Below, one piece after another: positions 27,267-36,616 of a DNA stretch of 64,000 nucleotides. Under the pieces are notes generated by a model. That model was not told where the DNA came from. It saw nothing but the letters and a program-made list of their open reading frames with translations, and did not search any database. The stretch covers positions 1,530 through 65,529 of the forward strand of contig DASZWN010000003.1 in the NCBI GenBank assembly GCA_035546575.1, read 5' to 3'. The stretch's first letter is position 1. Each line of letters opens with the position of its first letter. A program made the position numbers and the translations under genes. Origin of the DNA: Minisyncoccota bacterium (lineage in GTDB: Bacteria > Patescibacteriota > Minisyncoccia > Phycocordibacterales > SBAW01).

Positions 27267-28400
27267 ATGGAAAGAAAATTAAAACTACTTTTTTTAACAA
27301 ATGATTTTTCTGCAGGAGGAGTACAGCGTATTATTGCTGATTTTGCTAACCGAATGCACGGCGAGCGCTTTGAGGTAGAGGTAGCTGTGCTGTGGGATAA
27401 ACCGGGATACTCTTTTACTGTTGACCAGCTGCGGCATGATGTCCCTCTGACCAACCTTGGCTTTAAAAAATTCTGGGATATCGCAGGCTGGTATCGGTTA
27501 TATCGTTTTATCCGGGCAAAACGATTCGATATTGTGTTTACGCAGCTTTTCATGGCCGATTTGTTTGGTCGCACTGCCGCTTATCTTGCGCGCACTCCGG
27601 TTATTGTGACCGAGATACAAAACCTTATTCCGCATCTCCCAAAAAAGTACATCGTGGCTGATCGCGTGCTGCGTCATATTACCGATCTGTGCCTGTCTCC
27701 CACGGCAGCTATAACGCACTATGCTCGTGATGTGATCGGCTACTCAGCTCAGGACGTAGTTGAGGTTCCTACCAATAGTATCGACGAAAAACGGTTTGAG
27801 GCTGCACCCGATGTTGCTGCAGTGCGCGCAAGTCTTAGTGTCCCCGCCGACGCGCCGTTTATTGTGAGCGTGGGCCGGCTGATAGAACAGAAGGGCCATA
27901 CGGTGTTGCTTAAAGCCATGCCACTTGTACTCAAACAGCTGCCAAACGCCCGCGCCGCAATTGTCGGAGGAGGCGACCTGCATGATGCGCTGCTGGCGGA
28001 GACAAAACAGCTAGGACTTGAAGATAGTGTTACGTTTGCGGGTATCCGAAAGGATATTCCTGCGATTATGCAAAGCGCCGACGTATTTGCTTTTCCTTCG
28101 TTATATGAAGGGCAGGGCGTGGTGTTGTTTGAGGCAATGTTTTCGCATCTGCCTATTGCAGCCTCCGGGGTAGGAGGCATTCTTGATGTGATTAAGGATA
28201 ATGAAACCGGATTGCTGGCTCCGCCTGGAGATCCTGCTGCGCTTGCGCACGCACTAGTGCGTCTGCTCACCGACGCATCTCTGCGAGCCCGTGTATGCGA
28301 ACAGGCGCTGCTGGCGTATGGGGATCGTACACTCACGCACTCTGCAGCAGTGCTAGGCGACGTGCTACTTAAGGTATATGCGCAAAAGTTGACAAAATAA
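27267..28400 (+). CDS. Glycosyltransferase family 4
   Basis: GT4 motif FPSLYEGQGVVLFEAMFSHLPIAAS. Confidence 0.8.
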   Translation: MERKLKLLFLTNDFSAGGVQRIIADFANRMHGERFEVEVAVLWDKPGYSFTVDQLRHDVPLTNLGFKKFWDIAGWYRLYRFIRAKRFDIVFTQLFMADLFGRTAAYLARTPVIVTEIQNLIPHLPKKYIVADRVLRHITDLCLSPTAAITHYARDVIGYSAQDVVEVPTNSIDEKRFEAAPDVAAVRASLSVPADAPFIVSVGRLIEQKGHTVLLKAMPLVLKQLPNARAAIVGGGDLHDALLAETKQLGLEDSVTFAGIRKDIPAIMQSADVFAFPSLYEGQGVVLFEAMFSHLPIAASGVGGILDVIKDNETGLLAPPGDPAALAHALVRLLTDASLRARVCEQALLAYGDRTLTHSAAVLGDVLLKVYAQKLTK

Positions 28401-28438
28401 AAGTGTAGGGTATTTTTAAAAAAGAAGGAGAATCCAAT

Positions 28439-29092
28439 ATGCAACTTAAGATCTCGATTTTGGTCGATAACCCAAACAGCTGGATTGTCCCGACTGCTCA
28501 AAGGCTCGTTTCGGCAATTGCAGAGCGCGGGCATACGGCTCAGCTGTTCCACACCCAGGAAGAAATTCCGGCCGGAGATATTGCATTTGTGCTGGGATGC
28601 GAAAAGATTCTTCCTGTTGAGGTGCTTCGTCGCAATACGCACAACATTGTGGTGCATCCGAGCGCGCTTCCACAGGGGCGGGGTTTCTCTCCGCTGACCT
28701 GGCAAATTTTGGATGGGAAGAACGACATTCCGGTCACGCTGTTTGAAGCTGCGGAAAAAGTCGACACCGGCCCCATATACCTTCAGGGTATGATCCACTT
28801 CGAAGGCCACGAGCTCAATCCTGAGCTTAAGGCGGCGCAGGGAGACATAACCATCAAACTCGCACTGCAGTTTCTAGATGAATATCCTCCGAAGGTTTCG
28901 CGGCTGCCCGAAGGAGAGGGCAGCTGGTATAAACGCCGATCTCCCGGAGACAGTAGGCTCGACCCGCACAAGACGTTGGCAGAGCAGTTTAATCTGCTGC
29001 GCGTGGCTGACAACGAACGGTATCCGGCCTTTTTCGAACTTGAGGGTCACCAATATGTCCTCCGCATAACCAAAACCGAGCCCGAAAAGTAA
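28439..29092 (+). CDS. Formyltransferase-family protein (Fmt/PurN/ArnA-N-like; candidate sugar N-formyltransferase)
   Basis: Formyl-transferase core NIVVHPSALPQGRGFSPLTWQILDG...VTLFEAAEKVDTGPI; good Shine-Dalgarno AAGGAG 8 nt upstream. Confidence 0.7.
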   Translation: MQLKISILVDNPNSWIVPTAQRLVSAIAERGHTAQLFHTQEEIPAGDIAFVLGCEKILPVEVLRRNTHNIVVHPSALPQGRGFSPLTWQILDGKNDIPVTLFEAAEKVDTGPIYLQGMIHFEGHELNPELKAAQGDITIKLALQFLDEYPPKVSRLPEGEGSWYKRRSPGDSRLDPHKTLAEQFNLLRVADNERYPAFFELEGHQYVLRITKTEPEK

Positions 29093-29109
29093 TTCCATGC
29101 ATTATGTAG

Positions 29110-29138
29110 AGCCCCCGCCCACGCGGGGGCTTCTTCTT
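29110..29138 (+). terminator. Rho-independent terminator after the formyltransferase gene
   Basis: GCCCCCGC-CCAC-GCGGGGGC followed by TTCTTCTT. Confidence 0.7.
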
Positions 29139-29188
29139 GGAAGAGTATTGTGAGATGGAGGAAAATATGCTTTTATTCACTACGCTAT

Positions 29189-30238
29189 ATGGTCAAATAC
29201 AAAAAACATTCAAAAACGATACTCTTTACGGGTGCGGCGGGCTTTATCGGAAGCAATGTCCTGGAGTACTTCTTCAAGAAATACCCGTCTTACAACTTTA
29301 TTGTGCTAGATGCGCTGACATATGCGGGCGACCTGGAGAATATTTCTTCTGAGTTGCGAAACAGTAACCGCTTTTCTTTTTGGTACGGAGACGTGCAAAA
29401 TGCAAAACTTGTCGACGATCTGGTTGCCAAGTCCGATATTGTGATCCACTTTGCCGCAGAGACCCATGTAACACGCTCAATTTTTGATAATTCTAAATTT
29501 TTTACTACCGATGTGCTTGGCACGCAGACTATTGCAAACGCGGTACTGGCGCATCAGGATACGATAGACCGCTTTATCCATATCTCTACCTGCGAGGTGT
29601 ATGGCGAAGGGTTAACCAAAAAGATGGACGAGTCCCACCCGCTCAATCCTCAGAGCCCGTATGCAGCAGCCAAGGCGGGAGCCGACCGGCTTGTATATTC
29701 GTATCAGCGTACCTATGGTCTCCCTGCTGTGATCGTAAGACCATTCAATATTTTGGGTCCTCGGCAGCATCTGGAAAAGGTAACGCCGCGTTTTATAACC
29801 AGCGCTTTGTTGGGTGAGGAGTTGACTGTGCATGGCAGCGGCACATACAGCCGCGACTTTATGTACGTTGAGGATCTTGCAAGAGCTCTCGATCTCATTG
29901 TGCATGCGCCGCGCGCCAAGGTGGTTGGCGAAGTGTTTAATGTCGGCTCAGGCAAAGCGCTTCCTATTATCGATCTTGCCACTATGATCGTGCAGATGAC
30001 TGGGTATAAGAAAAGCGCGATAAAACACGTAGGCGATCGACCAGGTCAGGTAAGCAACTTTGCCGCCGACTATGGAAAGATACAAAAACGTCTTAATTGG
30101 AAACCTGAAGTGTCGATACAGGAAGGTCTTGCCCGCACTATAGAGTGGTATCGTGCCAACCGACCCATTTGGGAGAAACAGATGTGGATGCGCCAAGTCC
30201 CCGTAAAGACCGCAAAAGGTAAGACAGAGCTCCACTAG
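29189..30238 (+). CDS. dTDP-glucose 4,6-dehydratase family (RmlB-like NDP-sugar 4,6-dehydratase)
   Basis: ILFTGAAGFIGSNV, catalytic S/T...YxxxK (SPYAAAKAGAD); overall RmlB-like length and motif spacing. An alternative GTG start lies at 29150. Confidence 0.8.
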   Translation: MVKYKKHSKTILFTGAAGFIGSNVLEYFFKKYPSYNFIVLDALTYAGDLENISSELRNSNRFSFWYGDVQNAKLVDDLVAKSDIVIHFAAETHVTRSIFDNSKFFTTDVLGTQTIANAVLAHQDTIDRFIHISTCEVYGEGLTKKMDESHPLNPQSPYAAAKAGADRLVYSYQRTYGLPAVIVRPFNILGPRQHLEKVTPRFITSALLGEELTVHGSGTYSRDFMYVEDLARALDLIVHAPRAKVVGEVFNVGSGKALPIIDLATMIVQMTGYKKSAIKHVGDRPGQVSNFAADYGKIQKRLNWKPEVSIQEGLARTIEWYRANRPIWEKQMWMRQVPVKTAKGKTELH

Positions 30239-30243
30239 CCTAC

Positions 30244-31374
30244 ATGAAAGTAGAATTCTTTAAACACAGTCTCGGCAAAGCGGAGCGCGATTCTCTCGAC
30301 AAGACACTGCGCTCGCTGTATCTGACCACCGGCAAGCAGGTTGATATATTTGAAAAAGGGCTTGCAGCATACTCCGGCGTGTCGCAGGCAGTAGGGCTTA
30401 CAAGCTGTACCGCGGCCATGCACCTGGCGCTTTTGGCCGCAGGTATCGGAGAGGGCGACGAGGTAATTACGACGCCGATGACTTTTGTGGCAACCTCGCA
30501 CGCAATACTCATGGCTGGTGCGACGCCGGTGTTTGTCGATGTAGAACCGGCCACAGGAAATATCGACGCAGCGCGGATCTCCGCTGCGATAACAAAAAAA
30601 ACAAAAGCCATTCTGCCGGTCCACCTATACGGACAAATGGCAGACATGAAAACAATCCTCGCGATTGCAAAAAAGCATAAGCTGGTGGTGATAGAAGATG
30701 CTGCGCATGTGCTAGAGGCAAGCCGCGACGGGGTGCGCCCGGGGGCTCGCTCATTTGGCGCGTGTCTTAGCTTTTATGCGACAAAAAGCATTACCTCGGG
30801 TGAGGGGGGCGCATTTATAACCAACAATGCTCAGGCCGCAAAAATGGTAACGCGCTTGCGCCTCCATGGAGTCAATCGCGAGCTGGTGCAGCGCGAGCGG
30901 ACCAAGCTCAATACCTATGACATAACCGAGTTGGGTTGGAAGTACAACATGGACAACATTGATGCGGCTTTGTTAACCCCGCAGTTAAAGACCATTAAGC
31001 GCAATCATGCGCGGCGCATGGCGATAGCAAAGCGCTACCGTGCGGCATTTGAGGGGTTGGTGGATATGCCGGCAATGTTGCCCAACTCGGTTCATGCGCA
31101 TCACTTGTTTCCTATCTGGGTAAACGCAAAACATCGCGACCGCATAGCGCTTGTCCTTAAGGAGAAAGGCGTGGGAGTGAGCGTGGTGCACTACCCGCCT
31201 GTTCATCTGCTCGAGTATTACAAAAAGCGCTTTGGATACAAGAAAGGCGACTTCCCACTAGCGGAGTCTATCGGGCCGCGCGCAATATCGCTGCCGCTTT
31301 ATCCTCTCCTGACCGATAAGGAAATTGAGTATGTAATCAAGGAAGTGCGTGCTGCTGTGATACAGTATTCTTAA
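30244..31374 (+). CDS. DegT/DnrJ/EryC1/StrS-family PLP-dependent sugar aminotransferase (ArnB-like)
   Basis: PLP-lysine motif SFYATKSITSGEGG and fold-type I aminotransferase layout. Confidence 0.85.
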   Translation: MKVEFFKHSLGKAERDSLDKTLRSLYLTTGKQVDIFEKGLAAYSGVSQAVGLTSCTAAMHLALLAAGIGEGDEVITTPMTFVATSHAILMAGATPVFVDVEPATGNIDAARISAAITKKTKAILPVHLYGQMADMKTILAIAKKHKLVVIEDAAHVLEASRDGVRPGARSFGACLSFYATKSITSGEGGAFITNNAQAAKMVTRLRLHGVNRELVQRERTKLNTYDITELGWKYNMDNIDAALLTPQLKTIKRNHARRMAIAKRYRAAFEGLVDMPAMLPNSVHAHHLFPIWVNAKHRDRIALVLKEKGVGVSVVHYPPVHLLEYYKKRFGYKKGDFPLAESIGPRAISLPLYPLLTDKEIEYVIKEVRAAVIQYS

Positions 31375-31378
31375 ATAT

Positions 31379-32524
31379 ATGAGTAAGAAGATCCGTATCG
31401 GGTTTATGACGCATACCATAGACGGCAGAAAAGCGAAGGGGACTGCCGTTGTTGCGCGCAAATATGTCGAGGCGCTGCTTCGGCATCGAGACGAGTTTGA
31501 TATCACGTTTGTACATTACGAAAAGACCGACGACCCTATCTATACGCATGGCGTACGCGAGGTGATACTCCCAACCTTTTGGCCAAAGTTCTTCAATCGC
31601 CACAGCCTCAGGCAGACATGGTACTTTTTTACCACTAAAGACAGATACGATATCTTCCATTGGGGGCAGCCGCGGCTGTATCCGTTTTTCTGGTATGTAC
31701 CGGCCAAGCATTTGGTAGTTGCAACCCATGGAGCAGATACCGCAAAGGCCGAGCCGTTTAACTTTATGGTGCTGGTATTTAAGTGGATGCTTATTCTTTA
31801 TAGAAAAAGAGTCGACATTTCGATTGCGGCATCCGATTTTGCCAAAGGCGAGATAGAAAGGTTTTACGGCTTTAAGCCGTCGCAGGTGCGTACCATAACC
31901 AACGGCGTAGAGCCCATGTTTGTCCCTGCAAGTGCGGAGGCGGTTGCTGCAGTAAAGAAAAAGTATAAACTTCCGGAGAAATTCTTTTTAAATGTTGCAA
32001 GGCTCAACCCCGGCAAGAACGCTTTCCGTGTTATACGCGCCTACGACCTTTTTATGCGGACGCACCCTGAGGCGGATATCAGCTTTGTGAATATTGGCGC
32101 CGACGGTTTTGAGAAAAAGGAGGTGTTTGAGTTTTTGGACAAGAGTGCGTATAAAGACCGCATTACGCTCGTAGAGTATATCGAGCAAGACGACCTGCCT
32201 GCGCTCTACACCGCCGCCTATGCGCTCGTGTTTCCGCTCCTCAACGATGGTTTTGGCCTGCCGCTTCTGGAGGCGATGGCGTGCGGCACTCCTACCGCTG
32301 CATCTGATACAGCGCTGCCGGAAATTACGAGCGAGGAGGCTATCCTCGTAAATGCTTTTAGCGAGGAAGACATTGCAAAAGCGATGGAAACCTTGCTCAC
32401 CGACCAGAACCTCCGGGCAAAACTGATCCGCAACGGTTTTGAGAAAGCCCGCGCAAGCACATGGGAAGCGGTGGGCGAGAAGATAATCGCTATCTATAAA
32501 GAGTTAGCAGCACGAGACCAATAA
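31379..32524 (+). CDS. Glycosyltransferase family 4
   Basis: GT4 C-terminal motif FPLLNDGFGLPLLEAMACGTPTAAS. Confidence 0.75.
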   Translation: MSKKIRIGFMTHTIDGRKAKGTAVVARKYVEALLRHRDEFDITFVHYEKTDDPIYTHGVREVILPTFWPKFFNRHSLRQTWYFFTTKDRYDIFHWGQPRLYPFFWYVPAKHLVVATHGADTAKAEPFNFMVLVFKWMLILYRKRVDISIAASDFAKGEIERFYGFKPSQVRTITNGVEPMFVPASAEAVAAVKKKYKLPEKFFLNVARLNPGKNAFRVIRAYDLFMRTHPEADISFVNIGADGFEKKEVFEFLDKSAYKDRITLVEYIEQDDLPALYTAAYALVFPLLNDGFGLPLLEAMACGTPTAASDTALPEITSEEAILVNAFSEEDIAKAMETLLTDQNLRAKLIRNGFEKARASTWEAVGEKIIAIYKELAARDQ

Positions 32525-32539
32525 ATTTGAAAAGTAGTA

Positions 32540-32570
32540 GGCCGCGGAATTGCTTCCGCGGCCTTTCTTA
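32540..32570. terminator. Bidirectional hairpin terminator between convergent genes
   Basis: GGCCGCGGAA-TTGC-TTCCGCGGCC followed by TTTCTTAT. Confidence 0.7.
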
Positions 32571-32579
32571 TGCCAGATC

Positions 32580-33095
32580 TCAAACGAGCGAAGCCGCCTG
32601 CTTCAGCACGTTGTTGATGAACCGGGCATGATGCCCGTGGTCGGCGATCATTCCCTTGGGTACACCGTCGAACCACTGCATCTTGTCGGTCTCAACGACG
32701 TCGCGCGCTGTGCAGATCGCAATGTGGCTGATCGGCACGTCGTACGGATGGTCGAGCCACTTCTCCCACTCGCCCTTAGCGAGCAGAGTCAGGCTTGGCT
32801 CCGGACCAAGCTCAAGCCGTGAGAGATGCGCGATACCTTGCTCGAGCGTGTGGCGCGTACGCCACATGCCGCCAGGGATATGCCAACCGCTCCAGTACTT
32901 GTCGATGCGGTGTGTCAGCAGAATCTGCACCTTTCCTTCGTACAGCCGCACGACACACAGTTCGATGTAGGGGAGCGCAAACGCTTTTTGCGCGCCCTCC
33001 CACGCTTCATCCGGAATGAAACCGGTCGGGTCTTGTGCCAGCTCTTTGAGGAGCTCGCCGAGAAGTGTTGCCCTTTCGGGACTCATTTTGGCCAA
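32580..33095 (-). CDS. Hypothetical protein with a degenerate NUDIX-like box
   Basis: GWHIPGGMWRTRHTLEQGIAHLSRLELG partially fits GX5EX7REUXEEXGU. Confidence 0.4.
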   Translation of the reverse strand: MAKMSPERATLLGELLKELAQDPTGFIPDEAWEGAQKAFALPYIELCVVRLYEGKVQILLTHRIDKYWSGWHIPGGMWRTRHTLEQGIAHLSRLELGPEPSLTLLAKGEWEKWLDHPYDVPISHIAICTARDVVETDKMQWFDGVPKGMIADHGHHARFINNVLKQAASLV

Positions 33096-33204
33096 TCTAG
33101 TACCGCCCTTTCTGGCTTAGTAACCTCGCAATATGTGGAACGTGAACGCTGCTATGCATTATAGCATAGATTGATAGAAAATGCAAGTACCCCTTAAAAA
33201 CGCC

Positions 33205-34488
33205 CTATTTTCTTATGATTTCAAAACGAGGGCAAGGGACGATAAACGCTCCTCCGCCATTGAGGAACTCCTGCTCGCGGCGCACAAACGAGTCTATAAA
33301 ATGCCACGGGAGGACAAGGAGGTAATCGGGGTTTGCTTTGCGCATATCTTCCTCGGAGCTGATCGGGATGTTGGAGCCTGGAGTCTTGAGCCCAAACTTT
33401 GGCGAGGAGCGCTCGGCGATGCCGTCGACAAGCGTGTTGTCGATGCCCCACCACTGCAGGAGTGTATTGCCCTTGGTCGAGGCGCCATACGCCCAGATTT
33501 TTTTGCCCTTCTCCTTTTCGGTGCGCAAAAACGCGAGCGTCTGGTCGCGCAGGTCGGATGCTTTTTTAAAAAAGTTGAGGTACGTGTCGACCTCGGTAAG
33601 GTTGAGCGTCTTTTCGTGCTGGAGTATTGAGTTGACGCGATACTTTGCAACATCGCGGTACGGAGCCGAGGCAAACGCCGCAGGGTCGGCTCCCGCTTTG
33701 CGTATATAGATGCGGAAGCTGCCGCCGTTAACATCGTTGAGCTGGCAGTCTACGATCTCGAGCTTGTGCGCGTCGAGGAGGAATTTGAGCGAGGAGAGGC
33801 TGTAGTACTGCAAGTGCTCATGGCAGATGTTGTCGAACGCGAGTTGCTCGAGCATGAGCGGCAGGTAGCTCATCTGGATAACCCAAAGACCGTCCTTGTC
33901 CAGCACCTCAGTAACATCTTTTACAAAAGCATGAGGGTCTTCAAGGTCGTAAAACATCGCAATCGAGGTTATTACCTTTGCTTTGCGGTTGCCGTAAACC
34001 GAGGACTTGAATGCCTTTGCATTAAAGTAATCGTTAACAATCAGGTTTGCGTGCGGTTGCGAGAGCTCCTTATAGTCGTTCGGGTCGTAGCCAATGCGGA
34101 TAGCGTCGGTAGGGAGGAAGGAAAGGAGCGTTCCGTCGTTGCAGCCGATGTCAATCCATACGTCGTCCTTGCCGACACGCATCTGCTTGGTGACCGAGGT
34201 TGCAATGTCACGCAGCTCTGCGACCATCGACTCGTTGATGCCAGAGCGGTACCAATAGCGCTCATACATCTTTTCAAATGGGGCCGTGTGCGCGAGCTGG
34301 ACCAGGCCGGAGACCGGCGCGAGGCACATATCGAGCGGCACTTTAGGCGAGGTCGGCTCCGTGCCGGCCGGCAAAAAGTCAGAAAGGTGGAGTGCGCCGA
34401 GTGAGAAAAGCGGTATGAGCGGCTCTCCGGAAATGCGGCAAGTTGTCCATCGTTTTATCTCGGCCATAGCGAGGAGATAGTAACACAT
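33205..34488 (-). CDS. NDP-hexose C-methyltransferase family (Zn-ribbon + class I SAM methyltransferase + C-methyltransferase C-terminal domain; TylCIII/Cj1420-like)
   Basis: N-terminal putative Zn-binding segment ending LAPVSGLVQL; SAM motif IDIGCNDGTLL; large C-terminal domain. Confidence 0.7.
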   Translation of the reverse strand: MCYYLLAMAEIKRWTTCRISGEPLIPLFSLGALHLSDFLPAGTEPTSPKVPLDMCLAPVSGLVQLAHTAPFEKMYERYWYRSGINESMVAELRDIATSVTKQMRVGKDDVWIDIGCNDGTLLSFLPTDAIRIGYDPNDYKELSQPHANLIVNDYFNAKAFKSSVYGNRKAKVITSIAMFYDLEDPHAFVKDVTEVLDKDGLWVIQMSYLPLMLEQLAFDNICHEHLQYYSLSSLKFLLDAHKLEIVDCQLNDVNGGSFRIYIRKAGADPAAFASAPYRDVAKYRVNSILQHEKTLNLTEVDTYLNFFKKASDLRDQTLAFLRTEKEKGKKIWAYGASTKGNTLLQWWGIDNTLVDGIAERSSPKFGLKTPGSNIPISSEEDMRKANPDYLLVLPWHFIDSFVRREQEFLNGGGAFIVPCPRFEIIRK

Positions 34489-34550
34489 TAAGGAGACTTT
34501 TTCTATAGTTTTTGAGTTATCTATCTTGCAAAAAGGCCCGAAAAAGGCGA

Positions 34551-34556
34551 TAGTAT
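34551..34556 (+). promoter_or_regulatory. -10 hexamer TAGTAT 6 nt upstream of the gmd ATG (leaderless-type)
   Basis: gaTAGTAT-cgactc-ATG. Confidence 0.35.
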
Positions 34557-34562
34557 CGACTC

Positions 34563-35600
34563 ATGAAAAAGGCGCTTATTACCGGTATCACGGGCCAGGA
34601 TGGCTCGTATTTGGCCGAGTTTCTCCTTGCTAAGGGGTACGAGGTGCACGGGCTTGTGCGTCGCTCAAGCACCTTTAACCGCCAAAACATCGAGCATTTG
34701 GGCAGCGAGGAAAACAGCATAAAGGTGCTCCACTACGGCGACATGTCCGACATCAACTCGCTAATCAGCGTGCTCGAGAAGGTGCAGCCCGACGAAATAT
34801 ATAACCTTGCGGCGCAGTCGCATGTGCGCGCCTCGTTTGATATCCCGTATTACACCGCGCAGGTAGATGCAATAGGCGTGCTCTCTCTTTTGGAAGCGGT
34901 GCGGATTTTAAAGTTGCCTGCAAAAATATATCAGGCCTCTACATCAGAGCTCTATAGCGGCGAAAAGAATCAGGCTCCGCAAAATGAGAACACTCCGTTT
35001 AAGCCGCGCAGCCCGTACGGCGTTGCAAAGCTCTATGCGTTTGAGACGGCGCGCATTTATCGCGAGAGCTACAGCATGTTTACGGTAAACGGCATTTTGT
35101 TTAACCATGAGTCTCCGCGCCGAGGCTACAACTTTGTCTCGCGCAAGATCACGCAAGGCGTCGCAAAAATAAAACTGGGTCTCCAGGAAGCGCTCCACCT
35201 CGGCAACCTCGATGCGCACCGCGATTGGGGCTATGCCAAGGAGTATGTTGAAGCTATGTGGATGATGCTCCAGCAGGAGACACCAAAAGATTTTGTTATC
35301 GCAACCGGCGAGACGCACACAGTGCGCGAGTTTGTAGAGGTTGTGTTTGCACACGCCGGCATGCCTCTGCATTGGGAAGGGACTGGTCTTGATGAAAAAG
35401 GTATCGACCAAGACGGCGTGGTGCGCGTCGCTATAGACCCCATATACTTCCGCCCCAATGAAGTTTCCTATTTATGCGGCGATCCGTCTCTTGCAGAAAA
35501 AGAACTTGGATGGAAGGCAAAGACAGATTTTGCGACTCTTGCAAAGCTTATGTACGATTCCGATTTTGCCGCAATAGAGAAGGGAGTACACTTACGTTAA
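34563..35600 (+). CDS. gmd: GDP-mannose 4,6-dehydratase
   Basis: [19 protein letters not shown], catalytic TSE...[13 protein letters not shown]. Confidence 0.9.
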   Translation: MKKALITGITGQDGSYLAEFLLAKGYEVHGLVRRSSTFNRQNIEHLGSEENSIKVLHYGDMSDINSLISVLEKVQPDEIYNLAAQSHVRASFDIPYYTAQVDAIGVLSLLEAVRILKLPAKIYQASTSELYSGEKNQAPQNENTPFKPRSPYGVAKLYAFETARIYRESYSMFTVNGILFNHESPRRGYNFVSRKITQGVAKIKLGLQEALHLGNLDAHRDWGYAKEYVEAMWMMLQQETPKDFVIATGETHTVREFVEVVFAHAGMPLHWEGTGLDEKGIDQDGVVRVAIDPIYFRPNEVSYLCGDPSLAEKELGWKAKTDFATLAKLMYDSDFAAIEKGVHLR

Positions 35601-36610
35601 TGAGTACAACGCAAAAACGCGCTGTTATCACAGGCATTACTGGCCAGGACGGCTCCTATCTCGCGGAATTACTTTTACAAAAAGGTTATGAGGTGGTCGG
35701 TGTCACCTTGGGCGGGAGCAGTCGCGCTAATCTTGTTGCGGTTGAGAGCAGCATTACTTTTGTAGAAGGGGACATTACCGACAAACAGTTCGTTTCCGGT
35801 CTGGTATCGAAGTATAAACCCGACGAGATTTACAATTTTGCTTCTGTGGCGACTGTGGCAAAGCCCTGGGATGATGTTGAGGGAACTATTGCCGTAACCG
35901 CCATGGCGCCTCTCTACTTTTTAGAAGCGATACGCATCTCAAGCCCTACAACCAAATTCTTTCAGGCCTCATCGGCAGAAATGTTCGGTACGCCTCAAAC
36001 AAGTCCGCAGAACGAGAGCACCCCCTTGAAGCCACGTAACCCATACGGTGCAGGAAAATTGTTTGCTCATACGATGGTGGGCATGTATCGCTCGAGCCAC
36101 AACTTGTTTGCAGTGTCCGGCATTCTCTTTAATCACGAATCTCCGCGCCGACCTGAAAGCTTTGTGACGCGCAAAATCACTTCTTCGCTCGCTAAAATAA
36201 AACTAGGATTGATGGAAAATTTTTCGATTGGCAACTTAGATGCAAAGCGCGACTGGGGATTTGCAGGAGATTATGTAGAGGCGATGTATAAGACGCTTCA
36301 GGCTGAGGAAGCAAGTGACTATGTAGTGGCTAGCGGCAAAGCGCATTCGATCAGAGAGTTTGTCGAGGCGGCATGCAAAGAACTCGACATGCCTATTGTG
36401 TGGAAGGGTAGCGGGCTCGACGAGGTAGGTGTCAGTAACGGTAAAATAATCATCACTATCAATAAAGATTTTTATCGCCCCACAGAGCCGCAGACGCTCG
36501 AGGGCGATACAACCCGTATAGAAGCGGCACTCGGGTGGTGTCCACAAGTAGGGTTTGAGGAGCTCGTTGCTATGATGGTCCGGGCAGATACTCGCGCGCT
36601 CGGCAGGTAA
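35600..36610 (+). CDS. GDP-mannose 4,6-dehydratase paralog (possible GDP-4-keto-6-deoxymannose reductase/Rmd-like role)
   Basis: [22 protein letters not shown]...YGAGK, NHESPRRP. The ATG at 35600 overlaps the gmd stop (TAATG). Confidence 0.8.
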   Translation: MSTTQKRAVITGITGQDGSYLAELLLQKGYEVVGVTLGGSSRANLVAVESSITFVEGDITDKQFVSGLVSKYKPDEIYNFASVATVAKPWDDVEGTIAVTAMAPLYFLEAIRISSPTTKFFQASSAEMFGTPQTSPQNESTPLKPRNPYGAGKLFAHTMVGMYRSSHNLFAVSGILFNHESPRRPESFVTRKITSSLAKIKLGLMENFSIGNLDAKRDWGFAGDYVEAMYKTLQAEEASDYVVASGKAHSIREFVEAACKELDMPIVWKGSGLDEVGVSNGKIIITINKDFYRPTEPQTLEGDTTRIEAALGWCPQVGFEELVAMMVRADTRALGR

Positions 36611-36616
36611 CCCGCT

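Noticed and set aside
27749-28810. 353-aa minus-strand ORF opposite the GT4 and formyltransferase genes
   Set aside because: Antisense to two genes with clear family signatures; Ser/Ala/Arg-rich, low-complexity translation.
29137-29352. 71-aa plus-strand ORF with a perfect GGAGG-ATG ribosome-binding site overlapping the start of the 4,6-dehydratase gene
   Set aside because: It is in a different frame from the strongly supported RmlB-like CDS, which carries its Rossmann motif in this stretch, and its translation is low-complexity. The GGAGG may still influence dehydratase expression.
33181-34404. Plus-strand ORFs (149 aa and 212 aa) opposite the C-methyltransferase
   Set aside because: The minus-strand gene has Zn-ribbon, SAM-methyltransferase and C-methyltransferase domain signatures; the plus-strand frames are Arg/Val-rich antisense artefacts.
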